Of a stretch of DNA of 61,894 nt, positions 1 to 9,424 are shown piece by piece. The notes under the pieces were generated by a model. That model did no database searches. It was given only the letters and a program-made list of their open reading frames with translations, and was not told where the DNA came from. Origin of the DNA: a virus (taxonomy: Duplodnaviria; Caudoviricetes). The translations under genes and the position numbers were made by a program. The stretch covers positions 1-61,894 of the IMG/VR virus record IMGVR_UViG_3300025102_000024. One strand, written 5' to 3'. Position 1 is the stretch's first letter, and the number at the start of each line of letters is the position of its first letter.

Positions 1-424
1 CACGACGAATATTATTCATACTATCATTACCACCTTTCAAAAAGTGATAGAAGTTTACATACTCTCTACGAATTGTTGTATGTCCTTCCTTATCGGTTGC
101 TCCTAATGAGAAAGAAGCAGTTTCATGCATTCTACGAACTTCTTCACTAATTCTTGTACTCAATGTGCCACTATATGTTGTCTGATCATCATACCCTGTG
201 TAAGGTACTTCTCCCTGTGGCAAAACAGATACGATAGTCTCATCAAAGTTCCATATCAATATTGCTTTGAGTGATGGATCTTCGTATCTTTTCAATACTT
301 CAATTTTCTTTGCTTTTGATCTTTGCTTTGATGCAAGATGTAATACTTCAAAAGCAAATGGTTTTAAAGGAAGTTCAAGTGTATCCTTTTTAGTCGTCGT
401 CTTCTTCGGTGCTTTCGTTGTCAT
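1..424 (-). CDS. Conserved T4-like cyanophage hypothetical protein (3' end outside window)
   Basis: Hand translation from ATG at 424: MTTKAPKKTTTKKDTLELPLKPFAFEVLHLASKQRSKAKKIEVL...LIWNFDETIVSVLPQGEVPY; open to window edge; absent from ORF track. Confidence 0.75.
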   Translation of the reverse strand, partial: MTTKAPKKTTTKKDTLELPLKPFAFEVLHLASKQRSKAKKIEVLKRYEDPSLKAILIWNFDETIVSVLPQGEVPYTGYDDQTTYSGTLSTRISEEVRRMHETASFSLGATDKEGHTTIRREYVNFYHFLKGGNDSMNNIRR

Positions 425-620
425 AATTGTTTTCAAATCTAAATGCTACAATTTCATCTGGTACTAAATTTCCATTGATGTCGAACATCTCTGGATGTGG
501 TCTTGGAATCTCTCGATAATTCATCATATAGTCTCTTGCGACCCAACCTATAAGAATTCCAATTAGGAAAAACATAATTGAAATAGGTAAAGCAAGTGCT
601 GTTAAGACTTGAATATCCAT
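390..620 (-). CDS. Small membrane protein with HPEM motif and acidic tail
   Basis: N-terminal TM helix, PHPEM motif, EEDDD tail; GGAG RBS upstream. Confidence 0.75.
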   Translation of the reverse strand: MDIQVLTALALPISIMFFLIGILIGWVARDYMMNYREIPRPHPEMFDINGNLVPDEIVAFRFENNYDNESTEEDDD

Positions 621-638
621 GATACTCCTTTGGTTGTG

Positions 639-851
639 TTATTTCTTTTTCGACAAAGAAAATTCAAAATAGATACCAATTTCTTGATTAAAAAAATTAA
701 ATATCTTATCAAAAACAAATGAAATAGATTTCACTGGTTTTCTTTTTCCCTCATTGAGGATGAATTCAAAACCACGATTAATTTCGAGGTCTGATTTATT
801 TAGCTCATCCACCAATGATTTTTCGTTCTCTGAGGAACTCAACTGTTTCAA
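639..851 (-). CDS. Hypothetical protein (start uncertain)
   Basis: ORF fills the gap between neighbours in the same orientation. Confidence 0.55.
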   Translation of the reverse strand: MKQLSSSENEKSLVDELNKSDLEINRGFEFILNEGKRKPVKSISFVFDKIFNFFNQEIGIYFEFSLSKKK

Positions 852-1047
852 CTGATCCTCCTAATGTTTTACCATCACATACGACTTGTGGAAATGTAGA
901 ACCAAATCCAAACTCATCGTAGAATGCTTTTTTATCAAAGTGTTCATCTAAATTATACACCACAAACTTACTCTCTGTCAACTCTAAAACTTTTTTCACT
1001 TTTGTACATGCTGGACATCCATCCTTTGAAAAGACTGTGAAATTCAT
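805..1047 (-). CDS. nrdC: Glutaredoxin
   Basis: CPAC active site, TFPQV and GG motifs, 80 aa. Confidence 0.9.
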   Translation of the reverse strand: MNFTVFSKDGCPACTKVKKVLELTESKFVVYNLDEHFDKKAFYDEFGFGSTFPQVVCDGKTLGGSVETVEFLRERKIIGG

Positions 1048-1083
1048 ATGTTTTTATGGACTTAAATAATGATTTATACAAAT

Positions 1084-1181
1084 AAAAAAGGGAGGATACC
1101 CTCCCTTTGTGTTACCACCAACACACTTCCCCCACCACAGGGAAGTATCTTTAGTCCCAAATCTACAAGGATGCTAAAGAC
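1084..1181 (-). ncRNA. Candidate stand-alone small RNA: three hairpins plus intrinsic terminator
   Basis: Stems 1148-1154/1174-1180, 1125-1131/1140-1146, 1108-1113/1120-1125; terminator 1087-1095/1100-1108 plus U-run; consensus promoter directly upstream; no ORF. Confidence 0.7.
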
Positions 1182-1187
1182 TTTTTT

Positions 1188-1216
1188 ATTATAGTGTATA
1201 TTTTTAGTCTTGTCAA
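1188..1216 (-). promoter_or_regulatory. Sigma70-type promoter
   Basis: TTGACA (1211-1216), 17 nt, TATAAT (1188-1193); perfect consensus. Confidence 0.85.
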
Positions 1217-1217
1217 G

Positions 1218-2318
1218 CTATAGTTCTGCAGTTGCTGTATAACCAAATCCTGATGATTGACTATTAGAAGAAGATTGACGGAATCCGTTTGCAGTTGCTG
1301 CTAGTGCCGCTCCAGAACCTGATAAACCTATAAAAGCCATTGTTGGTGTTGTTCTCATTGCAACAGGAAATAACCAACTAGCAGTATTATTGTTATAGAC
1401 CATAAGTGTATCTGCAGGTACTGTTTGGAAATATCGTTGGCAACGTGCAAGTTCATCTCCGATACTGCGGTGCTCGAACGAGGTCGATACAGTACCAGTT
1501 TCAAATTGAACTCCTGTTAGGAAAATATCATTAGAAGTGCTATCAAAACAATTAACTTGTCCTACACTATTTCTAGCTCTATCAGCAACATCTCCCCAAT
1601 CTAACCATCCACCATCATCTGCCTGTGCAGTACCACTTGTATATGCACTACCTTGAGCAAAATACCAACTCATCCTCATACCTCTGGTATTGTCATTATC
1701 AAATCCGTCAGATGTAAATCCAGGAAAACTAAGAGTTACTTTTTGCCATGTATTAGCTGAACTAACAGTATATTTTCTAGAAATAAAAGCAGCACCACTA
1801 GTATTACTTAATTCATCACCATATAAACGAACCCAATGAATCCCTGCTTTTGGTGATTTAATCCAAAAACATAATGTAGTTGTTTCAGCACTCGAAGTTC
1901 CATATTTTAACCTTGTTAACTCTTGTCCTTCAAAACGATATTCAAGTTGAGTATATGTAGCAGCATTACTATCACCTCCAGCAGTCGTAACATCTAACTT
2001 TAAAGATTTAGCAAAACCTTGACCAGATGGAACATCTGTGCTTTGTGACATTGTTACGATTGAATAATTTGACTGAAATTGAAATCTATCAGGACCACCA
2101 AATCCTCCTCCAGCACCACCACTAGCATGACCTAAACCAGTAACCTGACCTCTTTGGGACACGTTCATGGCTCCGTTGATTATTAAATTACGATGAGAAA
2201 GTCCACCTCCCCCAGTCATTCCAGTTATTCTTGCAGTGCAAGTTCCATCTGATGCTGTTGTGATTGCATCACTCGTTGCACTATTGTGTCTGATTGCGTC
2301 TACTTTTAATGTGCTCAT
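1218..2318 (-). CDS. Tail fibre/adhesin-like protein, RNLIING...FEH...CQRY class
   Basis: N-terminal MSTLKVDAI; LSHRNLIINGAM and GVQFETG...FEHRS...LARCQRY shared with 4 paralogues in the window. Confidence 0.7.
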   Translation of the reverse strand: MSTLKVDAIRHNSATSDAITTASDGTCTARITGMTGGGGLSHRNLIINGAMNVSQRGQVTGLGHASGGAGGGFGGPDRFQFQSNYSIVTMSQSTDVPSGQGFAKSLKLDVTTAGGDSNAATYTQLEYRFEGQELTRLKYGTSSAETTTLCFWIKSPKAGIHWVRLYGDELSNTSGAAFISRKYTVSSANTWQKVTLSFPGFTSDGFDNDNTRGMRMSWYFAQGSAYTSGTAQADDGGWLDWGDVADRARNSVGQVNCFDSTSNDIFLTGVQFETGTVSTSFEHRSIGDELARCQRYFQTVPADTLMVYNNNTASWLFPVAMRTTPTMAFIGLSGSGAALAATANGFRQSSSNSQSSGFGYTATAEL

Positions 2319-2872
2319 ACTAGTGCCCTCACAAAATGACCTGAAAATTCATTAATAGAATATTGTTGTCCGTTTGCAATAGTTATACTTGAACCTGTTG
2401 TATGATATCCAAAAATTTCCACATAATCACTTGATCCATTAAATGATACTAAAGAAGATATGAATGCAGATCTACTGGCAGCAAAATTATGTCTAAAATC
2501 ACAATTAACATATCTTGATCCATTTTTTTTAATATCAATAGCATAAACATTATTTACATTTACATAGTATATACTTGCAGTAATATAATAATATCCAGCT
2601 AATTGAGGTGTAAACCTGTAATTAGTTGAATGATCATAATATCCGTGTGAGTCAAATACCTCCGCATCAAATTGAATTTTAGTTGATGTATTATTTGATA
2701 TTGATTGAGTGTTATTATTTCTTGCAAAAAATACTGGTTTATATGTGTCTGTCAAGACTGTTCCATCAGCATTACCTGGCACCTTTAAGGTGCGATTTGC
2801 CGCTGGATTACTGTCAGGTGTTGTGAGAGAGACACTATTGCCTCCCGAATGTACTAATTTTATGTTACTCAT
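2315..2872 (-). CDS. Fibre-like protein with C1q/TNF-like C-terminal domain
   Basis: PVFFAR...FD...FTPQLAGYYYITASI...DYVEIF pattern. Confidence 0.6.
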   Translation of the reverse strand: MSNIKLVHSGGNSVSLTTPDSNPAANRTLKVPGNADGTVLTDTYKPVFFARNNNTQSISNNTSTKIQFDAEVFDSHGYYDHSTNYRFTPQLAGYYYITASIYYVNVNNVYAIDIKKNGSRYVNCDFRHNFAASRSAFISSLVSFNGSSDYVEIFGYHTTGSSITIANGQQYSINEFSGHFVRALV

Positions 2873-3564
2873 TATGCCACTCCATACATAGAAAATCTAC
2901 CAGTTGCTATATTATTTTGATTCGTGTATTGTAACTCAAGACCAGTTACTTCTCTGGAATCAGTGATAGCTCCATGTATATATTGCCCTCTTAAAGCTCC
3001 ATCACTACTCATATATGCGTTATGACCATGATATCTTAGTCGTCTGTTATTTTCAAAACCATGCAAGTAAATTGTGCAGTTCCAGTCCTCTTTGACATAA
3101 CCACTTGCTTCTAAATTACCAACATTATTATAATTTAATCTAAATCTATTCAATACACCAAAGTGTTCGTCTGCACTTACACCAACAGTTCCAGAATAAT
3201 AATCAGAGTTAGAATATAACGAAGTTCCGTTAGAACCATATCTTATTCTCATTTCAAAATCCTCATTATCAGACACAGATCTAACTCCATCCATCACAAT
3301 CATATATGTTTTAAAATCGGTAAATGCATTAGTAACATTAGATTCAGTAAAAGTTACCGCAGAAGTATTTGATGTAACATTAACTGTTGCTAATGGAACT
3401 AATCCACTAACTCCTGATGTCTTAGCATATGTCACTGCAGAATTTGCAATCTTAGCATTCGTGACAGCATTTGATGCTAATGTAGTATCATTCACAACAC
3501 CAGAACCAAGACCCCCAACTGAGAGTCCTGTTATACTTCCATCTCCGTTAATAGTTACTGGCAT
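2872..3564 (-). CDS. Tail fibre/adhesin-like protein
   Basis: AVTNAKIA repeats; C-terminal domain ending GRFSMYG, similar to the 45578..47119 C-terminus (GVVKLYG). Confidence 0.6.
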   Translation of the reverse strand: MPVTINGDGSITGLSVGGLGSGVVNDTTLASNAVTNAKIANSAVTYAKTSGVSGLVPLATVNVTSNTSAVTFTESNVTNAFTDFKTYMIVMDGVRSVSDNEDFEMRIRYGSNGTSLYSNSDYYSGTVGVSADEHFGVLNRFRLNYNNVGNLEASGYVKEDWNCTIYLHGFENNRRLRYHGHNAYMSSDGALRGQYIHGAITDSREVTGLELQYTNQNNIATGRFSMYGVA

Positions 3565-3586
3565 AAGATTCTTTACTCCCTGATAT

Positions 3587-4159
3587 TTATACGATGGTCA
3601 AGAAACTACCTGACGGTACTGTGACTGTGACACCAGATTTAATTGCGACTGGACCTGCTGCCATCGCATTTTTACCTGAACTTATAGTATAACTCACATC
3701 AACCGAATTGTCATTCTCAAAGAACACAGTATTTGTTGATGCACCACCAACAGGTGCTCCTGCTGGTAAGTTTATTAATTGTGAACCATCACCAAAGTAT
3801 GTGACGATACCAGATCCTACAGGTCCGACTGTTCCACCTGTACCAATTCTTACTCCACTTCTTGCTGTTAATATTCCTATCGAATCTACATTCGTTACGT
3901 CTTCGTATGTTAATGTTCCTGCAATACCAACAGTTCCATTGAACTTGGCATCACTTACAAAAGTTATTTCCTGTGTCGCACGATCTACATGAAAAGTAGT
4001 TCCAGTCGTGGTGATACCAACAGTACCAATACCCGACTGCGTTCCATCTAAGTGAAGTAGTAACTCTCCATTAGAATTTGTTATTTTTATTTTTTCGTTG
4101 ACTGATGCACTAGTAGGATCTGACTTTGCCTCAATACCATGAATTCTAAGGGTACTCAT
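3587..4159 (-). CDS. Fibre adaptor-like protein
   Basis: MSTLRI N-motif, LTYEDVTNVDS linker, C-terminal GKNAMAAGPV...LTIV module. Confidence 0.65.
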   Translation of the reverse strand: MSTLRIHGIEAKSDPTSASVNEKIKITNSNGELLLHLDGTQSGIGTVGITTTGTTFHVDRATQEITFVSDAKFNGTVGIAGTLTYEDVTNVDSIGILTARSGVRIGTGGTVGPVGSGIVTYFGDGSQLINLPAGAPVGGASTNTVFFENDNSVDVSYTISSGKNAMAAGPVAIKSGVTVTVPSGSFLTIV

Positions 4160-4184
4160 TCTTTTAGTATATCCTTTTAGTTAT

Positions 4185-4682
4185 TTAGCCTGATACTTCA
4201 TAGATAATGAGTTGAGCTCCACCTCTCTCACCATCACCTACTGACTTGTTGACATTAAATGATGAACCGTTCGCACTTCCCCAAGGACCAGCAGCTAAAG
4301 TATATGTAATTTCTGATGATCCACCATTAACATCAACAACCATTTGATAATATCCACCCCATTGGTTATTATCATTTTTTGATTGATTATGCATCATGTA
4401 TCGACCTCCAGGATATGAATCTACTCCACCAATAGTCTTTTTTAAACCAACATACCAAGTGGAGTTGTTACCAGTATCTTCTCTTACTCTTAGTCTTATA
4501 TCTATTAAAATTTTACTGTCTGCTCTCACTGGAGTATATGTTGTACTCATGATATCTCCAGCTGCTGTTAAATCGAGAACTGTGTCAAGTTGTGCAACCT
4601 TCATTTGGATGATACCACCACAAGTTGAATTGGTTGATAGTCCATCTCTTGGAACGATTCGATTGGTTCTTAGTTCTGACAT
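4185..4682 (-). CDS. Short fibre-tip/adhesin-like protein (GGIIQ class)
   Basis: MSELRTNRI, GGIIQ, TP...SKILI, C-terminal YEVSG; paralogue of 4682..5188. Confidence 0.6.
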   Translation of the reverse strand: MSELRTNRIVPRDGLSTNSTCGGIIQMKVAQLDTVLDLTAAGDIMSTTYTPVRADSKILIDIRLRVREDTGNNSTWYVGLKKTIGGVDSYPGGRYMMHNQSKNDNNQWGGYYQMVVDVNGGSSEITYTLAAGPWGSANGSSFNVNKSVGDGERGGAQLIIYEVSG

Positions 4683-5188
4683 TATGCTGATACCTCCATA
4701 ACAGAAATTGAGGAAGACAAAGAATAATTTGTATCATCTGCTCTTCTATTAATACCTAACGCATAACTGCCACTTGTAGCTCTCGCCACTACTTTATAGG
4801 TATGAGAGCTAGTATCTCCTGGAGCATGTAAGATTTGAAGACCATGACCACTACTTAAATTTCCATCATCTTGTCTAACCATAGCGAAACCTCGTTCATT
4901 AGCACTAGCCCCTCCAGTTCCATTACCAATAAGAGTTGAATCAAAAAGTAATCTTAAAACTGCTGCATCTTCACAACTTGCAAATACATTAACTGTTACT
5001 AAAATTTTACTAGTAGAAAATTTAGGGGTTATATCAACACTTAAACCACTAACATCAACAAAACTAGTACTTGTTATTAATGTTTGATCTACTTTGGTAA
5101 CGCATTTAACTTGAACAATACCACCTCCACCACCAGTGGGAACACCACCAGTTGGAATTATTTTATCGACTCTTAATTCTGATGACAT
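4682..5188 (-). CDS. Short fibre-tip/adhesin-like protein (GGIVQ class)
   Basis: MSSELRVDKI, GGIVQV, ITP...SKILV, C-terminal MEVSA. Confidence 0.6.
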   Translation of the reverse strand: MSSELRVDKIIPTGGVPTGGGGGIVQVKCVTKVDQTLITSTSFVDVSGLSVDITPKFSTSKILVTVNVFASCEDAAVLRLLFDSTLIGNGTGGASANERGFAMVRQDDGNLSSGHGLQILHAPGDTSSHTYKVVARATSGSYALGINRRADDTNYSLSSSISVMEVSA

Positions 5189-5190
5189 AG

Positions 5191-5550
5191 TTATGAAGGT
5201 TCAGTTGGCCAGTTTACGGATGTTAAGTCTAATTCATAATCAGATCCTAACTTTGGTGTTTGTGTTGTAATATCACGAAGTGCTTGACGATATGTTCTCC
5301 ATGCAGTTGATAAGGTAACATCCTTACCTGCTCTCCAGTCTGTCAATGCAATTCTTCGATCTCTTTCAATACGCAATAATCTCATTGGTTCTGCTGCATC
5401 AAGTGAAGAAATCTTACTATTGATTTCTGTTTCTGTTGGTTTTGTCTGACTACTATCTAACCATTCAAGACCAGAGTAATCAGATCCACGAAGAGTCCAC
5501 TGTGCTCCTGGCTTTAATTCTTGTAGTGCTGCTGGAATGTCGTATTTCAT
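5191..5550 (-). CDS. Tail fibre assembly chaperone-like protein
   Basis: LRIERDRRIALTDW...WRTYRQALRDI...WP signature of phage tail assembly chaperones. Confidence 0.75.
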   Translation of the reverse strand: MKYDIPAALQELKPGAQWTLRGSDYSGLEWLDSSQTKPTETEINSKISSLDAAEPMRLLRIERDRRIALTDWRAGKDVTLSTAWRTYRQALRDITTQTPKLGSDYELDLTSVNWPTEPS

Positions 5551-5565
5551 AATGTTATTTATAAG

Positions 5566-6126
5566 TTAATTTACAATCTCATATGCAACCATTGTAACAG
5601 AATTAGATATTCCACCTACTGCATCATGAAATATGAAATTGTGACTACCACCACTTCCCCTTGCTCTTGCATATGCCATATATTTCATCACTGAACCAGC
5701 AGCTAATCCACCAGTATCAATTGCTTGACCAGAGTGTGGTCTATATGCTGGTGATCCACCAAAGAAAGCATCAACATAAGCTAGAATACTTGCAGTACCA
5801 CCATCTGCTGATCTATAGATTGATGTTACTCCTTGAACACCAGTACCATTAGCATCTTGAGCACCACCAGTGATAGTTGCAACACAATAACTTGTACCTG
5901 CAGTAGTGCCACCTGCTAATTTTCTAGTAAATTGTGCAAAGAGTCCAGTATTAACATCACCATCCGAAGTGGTAGAAAAATCAGTGCTAAGATGACCGTA
6001 TGCTGATGTTATTATTGTTCCTGATGGAGCATCAACCCAATTTCCACCCAAATTAATGTTACTTGGAATCACTAGTGTGCTTCCACTACTTGATATTTGT
6101 GTGCTTCCTAAATTTAATGTTCCCAT
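5566..6126 (-). CDS. Short fibre-tip/adhesin-like protein
   Basis: PSGTII motif, C-terminal YEI as in the GGIIQ class; followed by a chaperone gene. Confidence 0.55.
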   Translation of the reverse strand: MGTLNLGSTQISSSGSTLVIPSNINLGGNWVDAPSGTIITSAYGHLSTDFSTTSDGDVNTGLFAQFTRKLAGGTTAGTSYCVATITGGAQDANGTGVQGVTSIYRSADGGTASILAYVDAFFGGSPAYRPHSGQAIDTGGLAAGSVMKYMAYARARGSGGSHNFIFHDAVGGISNSVTMVAYEIVN

Positions 6127-6131
6127 TTTTT

Positions 6132-6647
6132 TTATACTGTTCTAGGTATATAATTAAAATTTATAACGATGCGTTCTTTTGTATCACTACTTGAAGAACC
6201 TGCATGTTTCAGATTTGTTGGAAAAGTTACTAATCTATTTTCCTTACTCTGAACTCTTGAACCATTCTCAAAGTATGTTCCACCATCATTATTATTAACA
6301 TAATATACAGATGTCATAGATTCTGACAAATTTTTAAAATCATTATGCATTGGGGTGACTCTCACACTATCAGTTTTCATTCTCAAATTTGCTTTTATTT
6401 TAATCCAAGCCACAGGATTAATCTGTTGCATTATAGGAGATATGATGGATGTTGAATTTGACACCATTCCTTTAGTTGGATTCCAAAAAACATGAACGAA
6501 TTGAAAGTCATCAGGATGATCATCTTTTCCAACACAAAAAGAATTATAGACCCAAGTGCAATCAACATAGAACCACGTTAATATTTCACTCCAGACACTA
6601 AAAGGTAAAAAATCATCAACGACTTTTACCCCAGAAGGTAAATTCAT
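6132..6647 (-). CDS. 2OG-Fe(II) oxygenase
   Basis: HxD (MHND), distal His (KHAG), R-x-V-I-N; YYVNNNDGGT. Confidence 0.85.
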   Translation of the reverse strand: MNLPSGVKVVDDFLPFSVWSEILTWFYVDCTWVYNSFCVGKDDHPDDFQFVHVFWNPTKGMVSNSTSIISPIMQQINPVAWIKIKANLRMKTDSVRVTPMHNDFKNLSESMTSVYYVNNNDGGTYFENGSRVQSKENRLVTFPTNLKHAGSSSSDTKERIVINFNYIPRTV

Positions 6648-6667
6648 TCTATTATTTATTATCTATA

Positions 6668-7252
6668 CTACACGATAACCCATGCACCGTCAAGTGTCAT
6701 AGTTGAACCTAATGTAACTGGTCCTGCATTCAATGCATTTCTTCCAGTTCCAATATAATAACCATTGATATTATCTAGTCTTGCGTTGAATACAAGTGAA
6801 CCATCACCAATGTAAATACCTCTAAATGAATTTGCAGCACCAACAGTTTCATAATTATCAACTGTGGTGGTTTGAATACCAAGATTCTTAACAGTTGTGA
6901 TACCTGCTGTGCCAAATTTAAATTCACTACCTGATGGAAGACCAGTCAGATCAGAACCATCACCAACAAACTTAGTCGCAGTCGCAACACCAGTGATTAC
7001 AACACCACTATTATTTGCCTGTGCCTTAACTGCTCCACTAAACTTAATTGCAGAAGCATCAATACCTGTTAAGTTTGCACCACTACCACTAAAAGAAGTC
7101 GCAGTAACAACACCAGTGAACTTACCATCACCACCGACATCCAAAGCAGATGAAGGAATTGTAGATCCGATACCCACATTCCCACCAGAATTCTGCGTGA
7201 CACCTCCAGTGCCAGATTGATGTTTCCAATTATTAAAACGGATGTCAGACAT
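6668..7252 (-). CDS. Fibre adaptor-like protein
   Basis: GNVGIG, TATSFSGSGANLT repeats, C-terminal GRNALNAGPV...WVIV module. Confidence 0.65.
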   Translation of the reverse strand: MSDIRFNNWKHQSGTGGVTQNSGGNVGIGSTIPSSALDVGGDGKFTGVVTATSFSGSGANLTGIDASAIKFSGAVKAQANNSGVVITGVATATKFVGDGSDLTGLPSGSEFKFGTAGITTVKNLGIQTTTVDNYETVGAANSFRGIYIGDGSLVFNARLDNINGYYIGTGRNALNAGPVTLGSTMTLDGAWVIV

Positions 7253-7270
7253 TATATATTTTTCTACTAT

Positions 7271-7576
7271 TTATGATGGTTTATCTGCAATCAACTTTGC
7301 TTTCCATGCATCTTTGACTGATGTAGTCCATACAGCATTGCATATTGCTTTGACTTCATCCGCAATATCTGTTGTACCATCTGGTTCTTTTGTTAATGGA
7401 TTATCAACAAGATTATCTGATGCATCTAAAGTGCCTGGATCAAGAACAAATCTATTAAAAGATCTTGTGAGTTCTACTCCATCTTTTTTGATGACTGTAG
7501 CTTTTCGGACCTGTACTGCTTTGTACTGTCCAACGACTTCTATTTTATCGTATTCTATTGATTCTGCAAGTGCCAT
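7271..7576 (-). CDS. Small partner/chaperone-like protein of the DDYEEG-class fibre
   Basis: MALAESIEYDKIEVVG...VQVR; directly downstream of 7628..8725; GGAGG RBS. Confidence 0.6.
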   Translation of the reverse strand: MALAESIEYDKIEVVGQYKAVQVRKATVIKKDGVELTRSFNRFVLDPGTLDASDNLVDNPLTKEPDGTTDIADEVKAICNAVWTTSVKDAWKAKLIADKPS

Positions 7577-7627
7577 TAGGGAAATCCTCCGAATTAAACT
7601 GGTTTAGGCATAATTATTTATGATGGG

Positions 7628-8725
7628 TTATGCGTCTGTCATATAAGTAATATTATATTCAACTAAAAAATCTTTATTATGAAAAGTTTTATTTGTAGCG
7701 TATGATATTAAAGCACCAGAGGCATCATGAGTAGCTCTGCTTATCCAGAATGAAAGATTTGAGCCACTCATACCTACAGCAATCTGACCTTGATTATAAT
7801 TGTATACATTATTATTAGTTCCATACCAGTCAGTAGTCTGCCAAGTAACTGACCCGTAAGCGTGTCTGTAACCTGATCCATTAGGTGCAAAAGGAACTCC
7901 TGATATTTTTAATATATCGGTTTGCGAAGTAAATAAAGGTTTTGTACCCCCACCTTGTAATAATCCAGCAAGATTAACTAATCTTCCAATTTTTGTATAT
8001 TTTCCTTGTGCTGCTGCATAAGCTGGAGTGTTAGACAAACCAACAAGATTTGGACCCCAATTTCCTTCTTCATAGTCGTCAAGAGCGTTGGCTGCTGCGG
8101 TGTCTCCGTTAAATGATATTCCTCCACCAGATTGAAACCTTACTTCCTCAGTATTATTGACTCCAAAAATTATTGGAGCATTTCCACTTTGCCAAACTTG
8201 TGCTGCGTTTGCTCCTCCTATCGCACCACTACTTGTTCCTAATTTATTAATTGAGAAATAACCACCACTTCCACTAGATTGCTGTAGTTTTACTGTTGCA
8301 AAAGATGTATTTGTTGAGTTTTGAACCAGCACAGTTGGTATTGCTGGTTTAGATACATTGAGATTCCCTGCACCTACTGCTAAATCACTACCATCAAAAG
8401 TTAAATTAGATTCACCATTTAAGTTAACACCACTTCCACCAGTTATAACTCTGTTGTCTGCATTGTTTGCTATGGTTGCTTGTGCTGGTAATGAAGTTAA
8501 GTTTGCACCACTAATTGCTGGAAGTGTACCAGTTAATTGTCCAGCAGGTATACTGGTTAAGTTTGCACCACTACCAGTTACAGCACCAGTTACATTACCA
8601 GTTACATTACCACTAAAACTATTTGCAGTAACAATACCAGAAACAATCGCACCAGTATCTGAGAAGGTTACTGTTGATAACCCACTTCGGTTTATTATTT
8701 TATTTACTCTAATTTCTGATGCCAT
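7628..8725 (-). CDS. Tail fibre protein (ALDDYEEG class)
   Basis: MASEIRVNKI, GNVT and GANLT repeats, NALDDYEEG...YTKIGRLV. Confidence 0.7.
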   Translation of the reverse strand: MASEIRVNKIINRSGLSTVTFSDTGAIVSGIVTANSFSGNVTGNVTGAVTGSGANLTSIPAGQLTGTLPAISGANLTSLPAQATIANNADNRVITGGSGVNLNGESNLTFDGSDLAVGAGNLNVSKPAIPTVLVQNSTNTSFATVKLQQSSGSGGYFSINKLGTSSGAIGGANAAQVWQSGNAPIIFGVNNTEEVRFQSGGGISFNGDTAAANALDDYEEGNWGPNLVGLSNTPAYAAAQGKYTKIGRLVNLAGLLQGGGTKPLFTSQTDILKISGVPFAPNGSGYRHAYGSVTWQTTDWYGTNNNVYNYNQGQIAVGMSGSNLSFWISRATHDASGALISYATNKTFHNKDFLVEYNITYMTDA

Positions 8726-9417
8726 TATCCTTTTATTTCCATTACTGTGATGTTAGAGATATATCTACCTCTCTTATTAGTATCACTATCACTATTAGAT
8801 CTATTCAAATGAATATATTGCTGACTGCCAGCATTATGATAAAAAGCATAATGAAACTTATGCTCGTTTGTATCTGCACATGAGATGTAAACGTGAATAG
8901 GTATGGTAAAAACTCCCTCAGTATTTCCACTATCACCACCAGAAAGAGATCGTCTTCTACTACTAGCTGCATCTCCAAGAGCTCCAGCTGTGGTAACAGC
9001 AGAATTATTATCATACAACATTGAATTAACAGCTAATCCATTTGAACCAATAACAACCTGCCCTGTTATTAAAAAGAAATTTGAAGCACTAGAAGCAGTG
9101 ATAGTAACTCTCAATAAATCATTATTAAAACTCCAAATAGCACCAGAATTAGTATTATCACTATATGCCGATGTTAATGTAGTATTTTTAACTTGAACAA
9201 TACCACCAGTAGGGACAGGTATATTTGTTAAGTTTGCACCACTACCACTGAATGAAGTTGCAGTACATACACCAGCAAATTGTGCGTGACCTTGATGAGA
9301 TATTGTTGCACCAATACCAGTCGTTCCAGTCAGAGGTCCCACGGTCAATCCAGTGGTAAGACCGACACGATCTCCACCATTCTCTCCAACTATACTTGTA
9401 ACTCTAATTTCTGACAT
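8725..9417 (-). CDS. Tail fibre/adhesin-like protein (GGIVQ class)
   Basis: MSEIRV, SGSGANLT, GGIVQV, C-terminal MEIKG. Confidence 0.65.
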   Translation of the reverse strand: MSEIRVTSIVGENGGDRVGLTTGLTVGPLTGTTGIGATISHQGHAQFAGVCTATSFSGSGANLTNIPVPTGGIVQVKNTTLTSAYSDNTNSGAIWSFNNDLLRVTITASSASNFFLITGQVVIGSNGLAVNSMLYDNNSAVTTAGALGDAASSRRRSLSGGDSGNTEGVFTIPIHVYISCADTNEHKFHYAFYHNAGSQQYIHLNRSNSDSDTNKRGRYISNITVMEIKG

Positions 9418-9424
9418 ACTTTAT

